Shown here: in pieces, positions 29,310 through 38,770 of the stretch
How positions within the stretch are numbered: position 1 is the stretch's first letter
How the letters are laid out: every line of letters begins with the position of its first letter
Assembly: GCA_023460995.1 (NCBI GenBank)
Contig: JAEWOE010000001.1
Coordinates: 10,664 to 74,663 of the forward strand
DNA length: 64,000 nucleotides
Direction of reading: 5' to 3'
From: Bacillota bacterium
GTDB lineage: Bacteria > Bacillota_I > Bacilli_A > RF39 > UBA660
Translations under genes and position numbers: made by a program
The notes under the pieces: model-generated
Told to the model about the DNA's origin: nothing
Seen by the model: the letters and a program-made list of their open reading frames with translations, nothing else
The model's database searches: none

Positions 29310-30053
29310 TTATATCCTTTTTATAAATTGTGTAGGTTTTTCATAATCTTGATAAACCTTTATATGATCAACTAATTCTAAACTAGAATCTTTATACGGG
29401 TTATTTAAAAAAGGGAAGTCTTTATTATAATAATTATCTAAGGTAAGTGCCACTTGTTTAATTATTTCTAATTTTTTTATACTCTTAGATGTCGTTATGT
29501 CATTAGCATATTCATCTAAGATACTTGTACCATTACTTATATCTATTTTTAAACCACCAGTATTACACTCATTTTTTGTATCTCTAAGAACATAAATATC
29601 TTGGGCAAAATCTGTTTCTATCTCAAATCTTGATAAATCGTACTTATTCCAAAAACTAATTGAAAATTCTTTTTTAAGTGAGTTAACTAATACTGCATAC
29701 AAATACTCATTATAATAGTTAGCAGATATTTGGAAACCAAAGATATATGTAAAAAGGTCTTCCTTTGTTTTTGGACCTGGTTGCGAGAAATATTCAATAA
29801 ATTTTTTATTAACATATTCCATATCTTTTAATTCTTCTAGAACTAACTCATGAATTTTGGCATATTTCTTAATTGCATGACTATTTGTATTATCAAACAT
29901 CTTTACATGTTCATAACATTGATCCATTAAACTAAGAGTTATTTTATGCATTAACTTACTAACTTTTGTTATATCAACATCAGCATATTTTAATAGAAGT
30001 AATTTGTTTTTATGGTCTTTAATACATTTTAATGTAATATATTCACTGTGCAT
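29310..30053 (-). CDS. hypothetical protein (247 aa, soluble)
   Basis: Intact ORF. No recognisable motifs. Confidence 0.45.
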   Translation of the reverse strand: MHSEYITLKCIKDHKNKLLLLKYADVDITKVSKLMHKITLSLMDQCYEHVKMFDNTNSHAIKKYAKIHELVLEELKDMEYVNKKFIEYFSQPGPKTKEDLFTYIFGFQISANYYNEYLYAVLVNSLKKEFSISFWNKYDLSRFEIETDFAQDIYVLRDTKNECNTGGLKIDISNGTSILDEYANDITTSKSIKKLEIIKQVALTLDNYYNKDFPFLNNPYKDSSLELVDHIKVYQDYEKPTQFIKRI

Positions 30054-30238
30054 CTTATCACGCCCTTCTATATAATATATAATAGATTATCAAATAAAGA
30101 GAACTATTTTTTTATTATACTAATCTTCTTATCAATTTTTAATTAAAATTAATGTTTATTAACTCTATAATTATTAAAAACGTACCTTCTTGTTGTTTTT
30201 AATATAGTTTTTGTATATAATTATTTTGAGGTGATAAT

Positions 30239-31858
30239 ATGACAGATTTAGAAATCACACATATTACAAAATTACAAAATATAAAGGATGTAGCTTTAAA
30301 ACTAAACCTAAATGATGAAGATTTAGAATACTACGGAAAATATAAAGCCAAGATAAGTAAAAAAGCCAGTGAAAAAAAGGGAAAACTTATTCTAGTTACT
30401 AGTATTAACCCTACTCCATATGGTGAAGGAAAAACAACAATTAGTATTGGGATTCATGATGCTTTATGTAAATTAGGTTTTAATAGTTTAGCTGTCCTAC
30501 GTGAACCGTCTTTAGGACCTGTTTTTGGTATTAAAGGAGGCGCAACTGGTGGTGGTTATGCTCAAGCAGTTCCTTCTGAAGATATCAATTTACATTTTAC
30601 AGGTGACTTTCATGCGATAACTAGTAGTAATAATTTACTATGTGCCATGATTGACAATCATATTTTTCAAGGTAATGATTTAAATATTGACCCAGATAGT
30701 ATTTTATTTAATAGATGTATTGATATGAACGATAGAGCTTTAAGAAATGTTAAATTAGATAATAGAAGTGAAAGTTTTAATATAACAGCAGCTAGTGAAA
30801 TAATGGCTATCTTTTGTTTAGCAACTTCTCTAGCAGATTTAAAATCAAGACTTGGTAATATTTTAATTGGTTACACATATGATAAAAAGCCTGTATTTGC
30901 TAAAGAATTAGGTTGTGTGGATGCCATGGCAATACTGCTTAAAGATGCTTTAAAGCCTAATTTAGTTCAAACACTTGAAAACAATCCAGTTATTATTCAT
31001 GGTGGACCTTTCGCTAATATAGCACATGGTTGCAATAGTGTTATCGCAACTAAATTAGGTTTGTCTCTAGCAGATTATGTTGTTACTGAGGCAGGTTTTG
31101 GAGCTGACTTAGGTGCCGAAAAGTTTTTTGACATAAAATGTAGAAATGGTTTTGTACCAAACTGTGTAGTCATTAATTTTACAATTAAAGCCATTAAATA
31201 TAACGGATACTGTCCTAAGGAAGAAATAACTAATCCTAATTTAGATTACATCAAGAAAGGTATTATTAATTTAAAAACTCATGTAGAAAATGTTAAGAAA
31301 TATACTAGTAACATAGTTGTATGCTTAAATAAATTTAATACAGATACTGAGGAAGAAATTGCATACGTTAAAGAGTATGTTGAAAGTATGAATATGGCTT
31401 TTGATATATGTGATTCATTCGCTCATGGTGGTGAAGGTTCTTGCAATCTTGCTAAAAAAATAGTTGATGTTTGTAATAAAAATGAAGATTTTAATTTCTT
31501 ATATGATCTAAATGAAAGAATAGAAGATAAAATAACTAAGATTTGTACTGAAATATATAGAGCAAATAATGTGATTTTTACTGATAATGCTAAACAAATA
31601 ATTAAAGATATAAATAATCTTGGTTACGGTAATTATCCAATATGTATTGCTAAAACGCAGTACTCACTTAGTAATGATGCGAGTATGTTAGGATTCCCTA
31701 CCCCATATACAGTAACAGTAGATAAACTAAAATGTCAGTCAGGAGCTGGTTTTATAGTTGTATATTTGGGAAATATTATGACAATGCCTGGTTTGTCTAA
31801 ACAGCCAGCTGCTATTAATATGTATATTGATGAAACCGAGATAAAAGGAATATTTTAG
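30239..31858 (+). CDS. fhs: formate--tetrahydrofolate ligase
   Basis: PTPYGEGKTTISIGIHDALCKLG ATP-binding motif and full-length FTHFS conservation (539 aa). Confidence 0.9.
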   Translation: MTDLEITHITKLQNIKDVALKLNLNDEDLEYYGKYKAKISKKASEKKGKLILVTSINPTPYGEGKTTISIGIHDALCKLGFNSLAVLREPSLGPVFGIKGGATGGGYAQAVPSEDINLHFTGDFHAITSSNNLLCAMIDNHIFQGNDLNIDPDSILFNRCIDMNDRALRNVKLDNRSESFNITAASEIMAIFCLATSLADLKSRLGNILIGYTYDKKPVFAKELGCVDAMAILLKDALKPNLVQTLENNPVIIHGGPFANIAHGCNSVIATKLGLSLADYVVTEAGFGADLGAEKFFDIKCRNGFVPNCVVINFTIKAIKYNGYCPKEEITNPNLDYIKKGIINLKTHVENVKKYTSNIVVCLNKFNTDTEEEIAYVKEYVESMNMAFDICDSFAHGGEGSCNLAKKIVDVCNKNEDFNFLYDLNERIEDKITKICTEIYRANNVIFTDNAKQIIKDINNLGYGNYPICIAKTQYSLSNDASMLGFPTPYTVTVDKLKCQSGAGFIVVYLGNIMTMPGLSKQPAAINMYIDETEIKGIF

Positions 31859-31943
31859 TATTCCTTTTTTGTATATATGTGTAAAGTAGTTTTGCATTTA
31901 TATGTACACATTTGTTATAATGAATAATAGAGGTGGCATATAT

Positions 31944-33455
31944 ATGGATGACATTTTATTTACAGAAGAAAGTGGCAAAGAATTTCAAGAAAGCCTTTAT
32001 AAAGCACTTAATAGTGATATAAAAGAAATAAATAATAAGTTAAATGCTGAATTACTTGAAACTTATATAGATAATATATTAAAAAAAGAATTAAAAGATA
32101 AACCCGATGAAATAATTCTTTTTCATCCAATGATAGTAAAATTATCTAAAAAGAGTGACTTATATGATAAATATGCATTTGCTTTAACAGGCTTATCATA
32201 TAAAGAATATATAAACACAGTAAAAAAAATAATAGGAAATAAAAAAAATCTAGCTATTATTAAAAGTTACGCTACAAGTAATATTGATATTTTAGATTAC
32301 AAGAACCCTATTGAATTAGAAATATCCTCTATATATGCTAATTTGATACTTAAAGACTATTTAAAAACACTTGATATACAAAGATGGTTTATCACCTACA
32401 TAATTAGGAAAGAAGCAACAAATCATGGTTTAAAGCCTAATATCAAAGGTGTTACAATTATAAATAGAAATAAAACAAAATTATATAAAAATTCTCCATA
32501 TAAAAAATACTTAGATCTAGAAATAATTGATAATTATTCTAATTTCATATATATTAACCTTGGGTTATTTAATATTATTAAGAAGGAAAAAGGTAATAAA
32601 ACTGCCTTAATATACTTACTAAATACATGTTTTAAAGCCTTACAAAGACACATTAGGAAAAGTAATGAACATTCTATTACATATGATGATGAAATGTATC
32701 GCTTTATTAAAGAAGGAATTATATTCAAAGAAGATAATAACTTCTATAACCAAAACAAACTATATTTTAGTAGTGAGATTAATTTAAACGAAGAAACTGA
32801 TAATATGACTAAAGCTTTAATGGATAACCCTTTATTTAGTAAATTTGATTTTTTAAAGGAATTTGATGAAGAAGAAAACTATTCTTCCTATAAAAACACT
32901 GAAGATTATTTCGAAGTAGATAATCATATTGATAATATTTTAGTTAATAAACCTAGAATCTTAAATGATTATCCCCTGCTTCAAATGGAATATAGTGAAG
33001 TTGGAAGAAGAAAAAGTATTAAAGAATTAATCGATATTAAAATAAGCCAAATGGAATTCTTTAATATTCAAATAAGTAATTTTAAAGAAATCTTATTAGA
33101 AACTGATAATGATATTATAAAGGATAATATTACTATAAAATTAAATGAAATAGAAAAAGGATTACCTGGTGTTATTAGATGTCATAATAATATGATTTAT
33201 AAATCTTTAAGAATACTAAGTATTCCAGATTTTAATAAATTACTTTATAAAATAGAACAAAATTACATAGATGAACTTAAAGAAGTAATTATCCAAGAAA
33301 AAAATGATATAATAAAAAAATTAGAAAATAATAGAAGAAAAATATTTAAGCCTACTACATTTTTAAAAAATGATGAATTCTTAACTAAAGAATATTCAAG
33401 AGTAGCTAGATATGAATCAAAAATTAATGATTTTGAAAAAGAAAAAACCAGATAA
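31944..33455 (+). CDS. hypothetical protein (about 503 aa)
   Basis: Start chosen at the ATG 31944 with RBS AGAGGTGG (the track ORF starts at 31902). No recognisable domain. Convergent with the 3-gene operon on the minus strand. Confidence 0.5.
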   Translation: MDDILFTEESGKEFQESLYKALNSDIKEINNKLNAELLETYIDNILKKELKDKPDEIILFHPMIVKLSKKSDLYDKYAFALTGLSYKEYINTVKKIIGNKKNLAIIKSYATSNIDILDYKNPIELEISSIYANLILKDYLKTLDIQRWFITYIIRKEATNHGLKPNIKGVTIINRNKTKLYKNSPYKKYLDLEIIDNYSNFIYINLGLFNIIKKEKGNKTALIYLLNTCFKALQRHIRKSNEHSITYDDEMYRFIKEGIIFKEDNNFYNQNKLYFSSEINLNEETDNMTKALMDNPLFSKFDFLKEFDEEENYSSYKNTEDYFEVDNHIDNILVNKPRILNDYPLLQMEYSEVGRRKSIKELIDIKISQMEFFNIQISNFKEILLETDNDIIKDNITIKLNEIEKGLPGVIRCHNNMIYKSLRILSIPDFNKLLYKIEQNYIDELKEVIIQEKNDIIKKLENNRRKIFKPTTFLKNDEFLTKEYSRVARYESKINDFEKEKTR

Positions 33456-33469
33456 TATCTGGTTTTTTT
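33442..33469. terminator. bidirectional terminator between convergent genes
   Basis: aaaaaaccagat-aat-atctggttttttt. Overlaps both stop codons. Confidence 0.55.
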
Positions 33470-34229
33470 AATCAAATAAACTAATTTGTCCCTCTATAGA
33501 AATATTTTTTTTCTTAACTTTTGTTTTTGATTTTTCTTTTGGTTTTGTTCTTACAGATTCAACTTTTTGCACAACTTTTTCTTGTGTAGGTACAGGAATT
33601 TCAATTCTTTTTCTTTTACGTTTATCATGGGCAAAGAACATCCCTAAGTCATGAACTCCCTTATACTTTATCATAGCAGAACCATCTTTATTACTTTTAT
33701 AAGTAGAAGTAGATGCATCATAATAATATGTTTCTCTTATTACAAAGTTTTTTAGACATGAATGAAGATGATTTATATCTTCCTGTTCCATTTCTGATCC
33801 TTTTGCTACACAATTAATGTAATTTCTAATAGCGTTTATATTAGTTCCTTGAATATAACTATTACGATAGTGATTACATAGTTTTTCCAAAATTTGAATA
33901 TTAGATAAACATGATTCTAAATAATAAGCAAGATATATCTCATCAAGAAACATTTTATCATCACAATACGCAAGACCATATCCTAAATTTTTTTCTACTC
34001 CACGACTCTTATATCTTATAGATAGTTTTTGATTATAATCATCAACACTCATTAGACCATTTTTAACTAATTCTTCTTTTAAATCATCCTCATTTTTAAA
34101 AGAGGTAGTAAATAAGTCAATATCTTTAAGTAAATGATTATCTAAATTAGAAAAAATCGGAATTTTATTCCATAATATCTCTTCAAACTTTTTCTTTCCT
34201 TTGTTTAAAGATAAAATATAGTTAGCCAT
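33468..34229 (-). CDS. hypothetical protein, Lys-rich tail ending in QISLFD (beta-clamp-binding-like pentapeptide)
   Basis: RBS CAGGGGGAGAA, identical to that of gene 34807..36018. C-terminus …KKKNISIEGQISLFD resembles the QL[SD]LF sliding-clamp interaction motif. Confidence 0.5.
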   Translation of the reverse strand: MANYILSLNKGKKKFEEILWNKIPIFSNLDNHLLKDIDLFTTSFKNEDDLKEELVKNGLMSVDDYNQKLSIRYKSRGVEKNLGYGLAYCDDKMFLDEIYLAYYLESCLSNIQILEKLCNHYRNSYIQGTNINAIRNYINCVAKGSEMEQEDINHLHSCLKNFVIRETYYYDASTSTYKSNKDGSAMIKYKGVHDLGMFFAHDKRKRKRIEIPVPTQEKVVQKVESVRTKPKEKSKTKVKKKNISIEGQISLFD

Positions 34230-34250
34230 ATAACTTCTCCCCCTGATTCA

Positions 34251-34793
34251 TTACTTTTTAAATATCTTTTCTCTTATAAATCTCTTAATTCCTTTGTTGT
34301 TAGAGTCTTCTATTTCTCTTACTGGCTCAATTTCAGAAAAATCTGCATCTACTATTTCACCTGGAATATCCATATGATTAGTCCCTAATTTAATTTTTAT
34401 AATTTCATCTAAATAATTAATTACATATTCTAGTTTTTCACACTCATCCTTAACTAAAGAATAGTTCTTTGCTCTTTTTTCTCTACTAAGATTATTATGT
34501 TTTGTTGAGATAGTATCAATAGTTTCAATAAGAACTTTAAGTTTTTCATCAAGTTCTTCGACTGTTAAATTTTTATAATCATCATAATTAATAATATAAT
34601 CAAGTTTACTAAAATAATCTATTGCAGCTTTATCTTCAAAGGAAACAAAATCCATTCTATTACTATCATCGACAATAACTATACCTTTAAAAAATTGATT
34701 AATTATAACTGAAGGAATAGAATTACTATGGTTAAATGCGAACATTATATCATTCTTTTGGACATAAATTTTATTATTTCTAAATACTTTCAT
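34251..34793 (-). CDS. hypothetical protein (180 aa)
   Basis: Intact ORF tightly spaced between the flanking genes (13-nt and 21-nt gaps). Acidic. No known domain. Confidence 0.5.
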   Translation of the reverse strand: MKVFRNNKIYVQKNDIMFAFNHSNSIPSVIINQFFKGIVIVDDSNRMDFVSFEDKAAIDYFSKLDYIINYDDYKNLTVEELDEKLKVLIETIDTISTKHNNLSREKRAKNYSLVKDECEKLEYVINYLDEIIKIKLGTNHMDIPGEIVDADFSEIEPVREIEDSNNKGIKRFIREKIFKK

Positions 34794-34806
34794 ATTAAGT
34801 TTACCC

Positions 34807-36018
34807 CTATCTATTTTCCAATTTTTTAATTTTCTTCTTTTCTTTTTCTGTAGAAGCTAACAATACTTTTTTTTCATAGCTAAAAATCGAATTAGTTAAT
34901 TTTTGAAATAACTCTCTTTCTTCTGGTGAATATACTTCAGCGCAATTATAATGAACAGTTTTCAACAATTTATATACCGATCTAATACTTAATTTTTCTT
35001 TCTGACTACTTCTAGAACCATATCCAATAAAGCAATATAAATCACTATTTCCTCCAGCTTTAATATATTCTAAAATAAAACTTCGTAAACCAGGATCAGA
35101 TAAATCTACACCGTACATCATAGGAATATCAATATTTCTTTCAAATTCCTTAGCAAACATAAAAGCTCTTCTAGGACCAATTCTGTTACCGCCTCTTTCA
35201 ATAATGCGATACATCACACAGTCTAATAAACCATTATTCAAAGCCTTTTTATCATCATATCTTCTTATTGCTTCCTCTAACTCATTATTATTTGGCAAAT
35301 CCATTCCTTGCTCTTTCATAAATTTGACTACTTCAGTAATATGCATTCCTTCAAACGGATCATCATTATATGTTCCCCAGCCAGGAATAGGTTGCATATA
35401 TTCTGATTCTTCTACTGTTCCATCATTAGATAAATGAATATGAGACGCCATAGAATTATATCGGTTATCTGGATTAACATAAACTAACTCTGGATATTTT
35501 GGTTCACTTAAGTAATATGATTCATCATAAGGTAATGATTTTATAAAACTCTCTTTAGAATAAAAATTATTCCACTGTAATATACTTACTACCTCCATAA
35601 GATCTTCAGCTTTATCTATTTCTAATATTTCGGCTATTTCTTTAATAGCATTATTTTGTTTTAGCATAATATCATCAATTTCTTGATTGCTTTGACCGCA
35701 GCAAGGAAATAAACGATTAACTTCATACTCTGGATATCTCAGTTCAAACCACACGGCCATTTTTTCAATAAAATCTCGTATTCTTTTAGGTTCGTTATAC
35801 TCACCAATTTTTGTATACTGTCCTTTAACATATTTGTCGGTATACCAACTTATAAATTCATCAATCTTAGTTTCTAAATCGATGGTTTCATTTTTTCCAG
35901 TATCTTCTGAAATTGTAATATTTTCTTCTAAGTTCTTTTTAACATTAGAAGCTTGCTTTACAGAAGTACTTTGTAACATTCCTTTTTTAAACTTTAATAG
36001 TTCAGCTTTTAAATTCAT
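34807..36018 (-). CDS. hypothetical protein (403 aa)
   Basis: Intact ORF with strong GC-rich RBS ATCAGGGGGAGAA. First gene of a 3-gene operon that starts just downstream of tRNA-Glu. Confidence 0.5.
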   Translation of the reverse strand: MNLKAELLKFKKGMLQSTSVKQASNVKKNLEENITISEDTGKNETIDLETKIDEFISWYTDKYVKGQYTKIGEYNEPKRIRDFIEKMAVWFELRYPEYEVNRLFPCCGQSNQEIDDIMLKQNNAIKEIAEILEIDKAEDLMEVVSILQWNNFYSKESFIKSLPYDESYYLSEPKYPELVYVNPDNRYNSMASHIHLSNDGTVEESEYMQPIPGWGTYNDDPFEGMHITEVVKFMKEQGMDLPNNNELEEAIRRYDDKKALNNGLLDCVMYRIIERGGNRIGPRRAFMFAKEFERNIDIPMMYGVDLSDPGLRSFILEYIKAGGNSDLYCFIGYGSRSSQKEKLSIRSVYKLLKTVHYNCAEVYSPEERELFQKLTNSIFSYEKKVLLASTEKEKKKIKKLENR

Positions 36019-36090
36019 AATAAATATTCTCCCCCTGATATGTTTATGATTACTACACTTTCATTTTATCATATTTTGTGAATTTTTAAC

Positions 36091-36117
36091 AAAAAAAACA
36101 TCCTAATAATAGGATGT
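36091..36117 (-). terminator. rho-independent terminator following tRNA-Glu
   Basis: acatcct-aataat-aggatgt followed on the minus strand by T8. Confidence 0.55.
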
Positions 36118-36129
36118 TTTATTATTATA

Positions 36130-36206
36130 TGGTAACTCGTATGGGTTTCGAACCCATGGATACCGCCTTGAGAGGGCGGCGTGTTGAACCCCTTCACCAA
36201 CGAGTC
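36130..36206 (-). tRNA. tRNA-Glu (anticodon CUC by manual fold)
   Basis: Minus-strand cloverleaf: acceptor GACTCGT/ACGAGTT, 3-bp D stem (typical of tRNA-Glu), anticodon stem CCGCC/GGCGG with loop CUCUCAA, T-arm ATGGG-TTCGAAA-CCCAT, encoded CCA. Confidence 0.6.
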
Positions 36207-36299
36207 AAATAAACTATAATATAGTATACACTAAAACAGGCTCATTGGGCAAGATATTTTTTATTAATTTATTAAATCTAGTTAAACTATTTTGCTGAA

Positions 36300-36851
36300 C
36301 TACTTTTTATGAAGAAGATATCTTATTTTAGTTAGTTCAAAGTAATTAGACTGTTCTTTTTTACCAAATCTTATATCATTTATATGCAAATTATCTTCTT
36401 TAAAGCCAACTTTTATGAATGTTTTAATAGCGGCCTTTCTATCTAAAGGAATCTTATCTGCAACTTTATTAAGTTTTAATTTATTAAAAGCAATGTCCAT
36501 TAATAATCTTAAAGCTACTTCACTATATCCTTTACCTCTATAATCACTTTCTAATAAAATATGGACTAAGTGACAATCAAAATCATTATCATAATGTAAG
36601 GCTACTTCACCTATTGGAGTTTCATCTAACATAATATATGCATAATATTTTTTAGGTTCATTATTAACCCAAGCGTTAAACCATACTTGCCATTTTTCAT
36701 CAGTAAACTTAATAATACCTGTATCATAATTATATCCATCAAGATTTTGCTTATAACCGGCATTATAAGCCATTGTTTTAGAGTCAGCTAGTATTTGCTT
36801 ACGATAATCAAGTTCACTTAAACTAGGTACTTTTAAAGAAATTTTATTCAT
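36300..36851 (-). CDS. GNAT family N-acetyltransferase
   Basis: Acetyl-CoA-binding motif region HILLESDYRGKGYSEVALRLLMDIAF. Confidence 0.7.
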   Translation of the reverse strand: MNKISLKVPSLSELDYRKQILADSKTMAYNAGYKQNLDGYNYDTGIIKFTDEKWQVWFNAWVNNEPKKYYAYIMLDETPIGEVALHYDNDFDCHLVHILLESDYRGKGYSEVALRLLMDIAFNKLKLNKVADKIPLDRKAAIKTFIKVGFKEDNLHINDIRFGKKEQSNYFELTKIRYLLHKK

Positions 36852-36854
36852 ATA

Positions 36855-37460
36855 TTATTTCTCCTCACTATATGATTTTACTACCATCTTAACGCTATGA
36901 TATTTAAATTCTTCTGATATAGCTAAAATTTCATGTGGATGTCTATCTCTAATACTCTTTCTTTGCCCCACATTTACATCATAATACATAATATCTGCCC
37001 TATCTGTATATTCAATGCCATCTAGATGATCAATCTCATGACAAATAATAATTGCCTCAAAACCTTCAACAGTTTTAACATGTTTATTACCATGTATATC
37101 TTGATATTTTAACTTAATACAAAAAGGCCTCTTCACTCTTCCAATAGCATTACTAACACTCATGCAGGCTTCATAATATATTTGAGTACCTTCCATTTTA
37201 ACAATAACTGGATTAAAATAAGACGTTATTGCATACTTCTTTATTCCCTCATCCATCCCATAAACTTTACTATCAGTCATTACCAAAATAAATCGTTCAT
37301 TTATACCAAATTGTGGGGCAGCAGCTGCATAGGCATTCTTTTCCAAGCAAACTTCTTTAATACTATCTATAATACTTTTATAATCCTTTGTAAAATCAAT
37401 TATTTCCTTAGATACTTCCTTAAGTCGTTTATCATCTGGTTTTATTAGTTCTAATTTCAT
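36855..37460 (-). CDS. def: peptide deformylase
   Basis: Three PDF motifs: (G)AAAPQFGI, EACMSV, HEIDHLDG. Confidence 0.9.
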   Translation of the reverse strand: MKLELIKPDDKRLKEVSKEIIDFTKDYKSIIDSIKEVCLEKNAYAAAAPQFGINERFILVMTDSKVYGMDEGIKKYAITSYFNPVIVKMEGTQIYYEACMSVSNAIGRVKRPFCIKLKYQDIHGNKHVKTVEGFEAIIICHEIDHLDGIEYTDRADIMYYDVNVGQRKSIRDRHPHEILAISEEFKYHSVKMVVKSYSEEK

Positions 37461-37517
37461 ATTACCTCCATTTTTGTCTATTATTTATTATAACAAAAAA
37501 ACCAAACTATTACTAGT

Positions 37518-38558
37518 TTAGTTTATTCCAAATAGTTTATCTACTAAGTTTCCTAAATGAGGTATAACAAACTCAACCTTACTTACTAATTGATTAATTT
37601 CTGTATCAGGATAATCGTATCCAGAGTTATTATCACCCATAGTTGTAAAAGTTAAAACTTCCGCATTATTTTTTTTAACAATTCGATGAGTTAATATATG
37701 TCCCTTATAATTAAACTGTACTATATCATCAACCTTTAAATTTTGAATATCAATTTTGTTAACATCTCTAACAATAAGTAAATCTCCTTCACTTATTACA
37801 TCTTCCATAGAATCATTATTCATTATACTAAGTTTATATTTAGTTATATTAGAACTTAATAAACTAAATATAATCCATACATATATAAATAAATATAATA
37901 TAAGGTGTCCAAAATCTTTAGCACTACCATATTTCTCTATTATTTCTTTTTCGCTAGTAAGTCCAATCATTATGCAAAGTGGAAGTAGTAGTAACAAAAT
38001 TCCATTAGTATAAGAAGGAATATTAGGATAAATTGGTAATAGAAAAAATACTATCTCAGATAGAAATATATAGATAAAAACTGCCTTGAAATTATATTTT
38101 GGCGCTATATAAGTAATTACTAAATCATTAGCAAGTACAAATAATCCAAAATTAGTAAATACATCTATTAAACTCAAATTATTTATAAAACTTAAACTAC
38201 CTAGTAAAAGCATATCTATTATAGCCATAATAAAAGAAATAGTTTTATTATTATTTATATTTTTACTAGCTTCACAGTATCTAAAATGAAATAATGTGGC
38301 AGCTAATTTTAATATTACATAAAAACCAAAATAATAAACCAAATTTAGTTTAGTAAAACCTATATATCCTCCTTTACCATCATAAAATAATAATAAAAGA
38401 TAATATAAAGAAAAGAAAATTAAACTGTATTTTACAAATATTTTATATACGATTTTATTGCTTTCAATGTATCTCTCATTAAAGTCAATTTTTTTATATT
38501 CCAAACCAAAAATTTTCATATACACCCTCGCTACCTTACTATGATTAGTATACAACAA
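37518..38558 (-). CDS. polytopic membrane protein with C-terminal signal peptidase I (SipW/S26B-type) domain
   Basis: About 250-aa N-terminal region with about 7 hydrophobic helices, then NNDSMEDVISEGDLLIVRD…GHILTHRIVKK (catalytic Ser in SME and the His box of archaeal/SipW-type S26 peptidases). Confidence 0.5.
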   Translation of the reverse strand: MLYTNHSKVARVYMKIFGLEYKKIDFNERYIESNKIVYKIFVKYSLIFFSLYYLLLLFYDGKGGYIGFTKLNLVYYFGFYVILKLAATLFHFRYCEASKNINNNKTISFIMAIIDMLLLGSLSFINNLSLIDVFTNFGLFVLANDLVITYIAPKYNFKAVFIYIFLSEIVFFLLPIYPNIPSYTNGILLLLLPLCIMIGLTSEKEIIEKYGSAKDFGHLILYLFIYVWIIFSLLSSNITKYKLSIMNNDSMEDVISEGDLLIVRDVNKIDIQNLKVDDIVQFNYKGHILTHRIVKKNNAEVLTFTTMGDNNSGYDYPDTEINQLVSKVEFVIPHLGNLVDKLFGIN

Positions 38559-38770
38559 AAAAAGAAAGTAAACAATATACTATTTTTATGTACGATTCAT
38601 AGTACCAAAACTGTAAAAGTTAGCTTTATTGACGATCTCTTTTGCAAATATAAATAACAGTTACTTTGAGTAATATATCCAAATCAAAAATTATAAATTT
38701 AGACTATATTATTTTGTAACTTAATTTTAATAAAAAATTTAATTACTAGTTTTCACTATTTTGCGACTTT

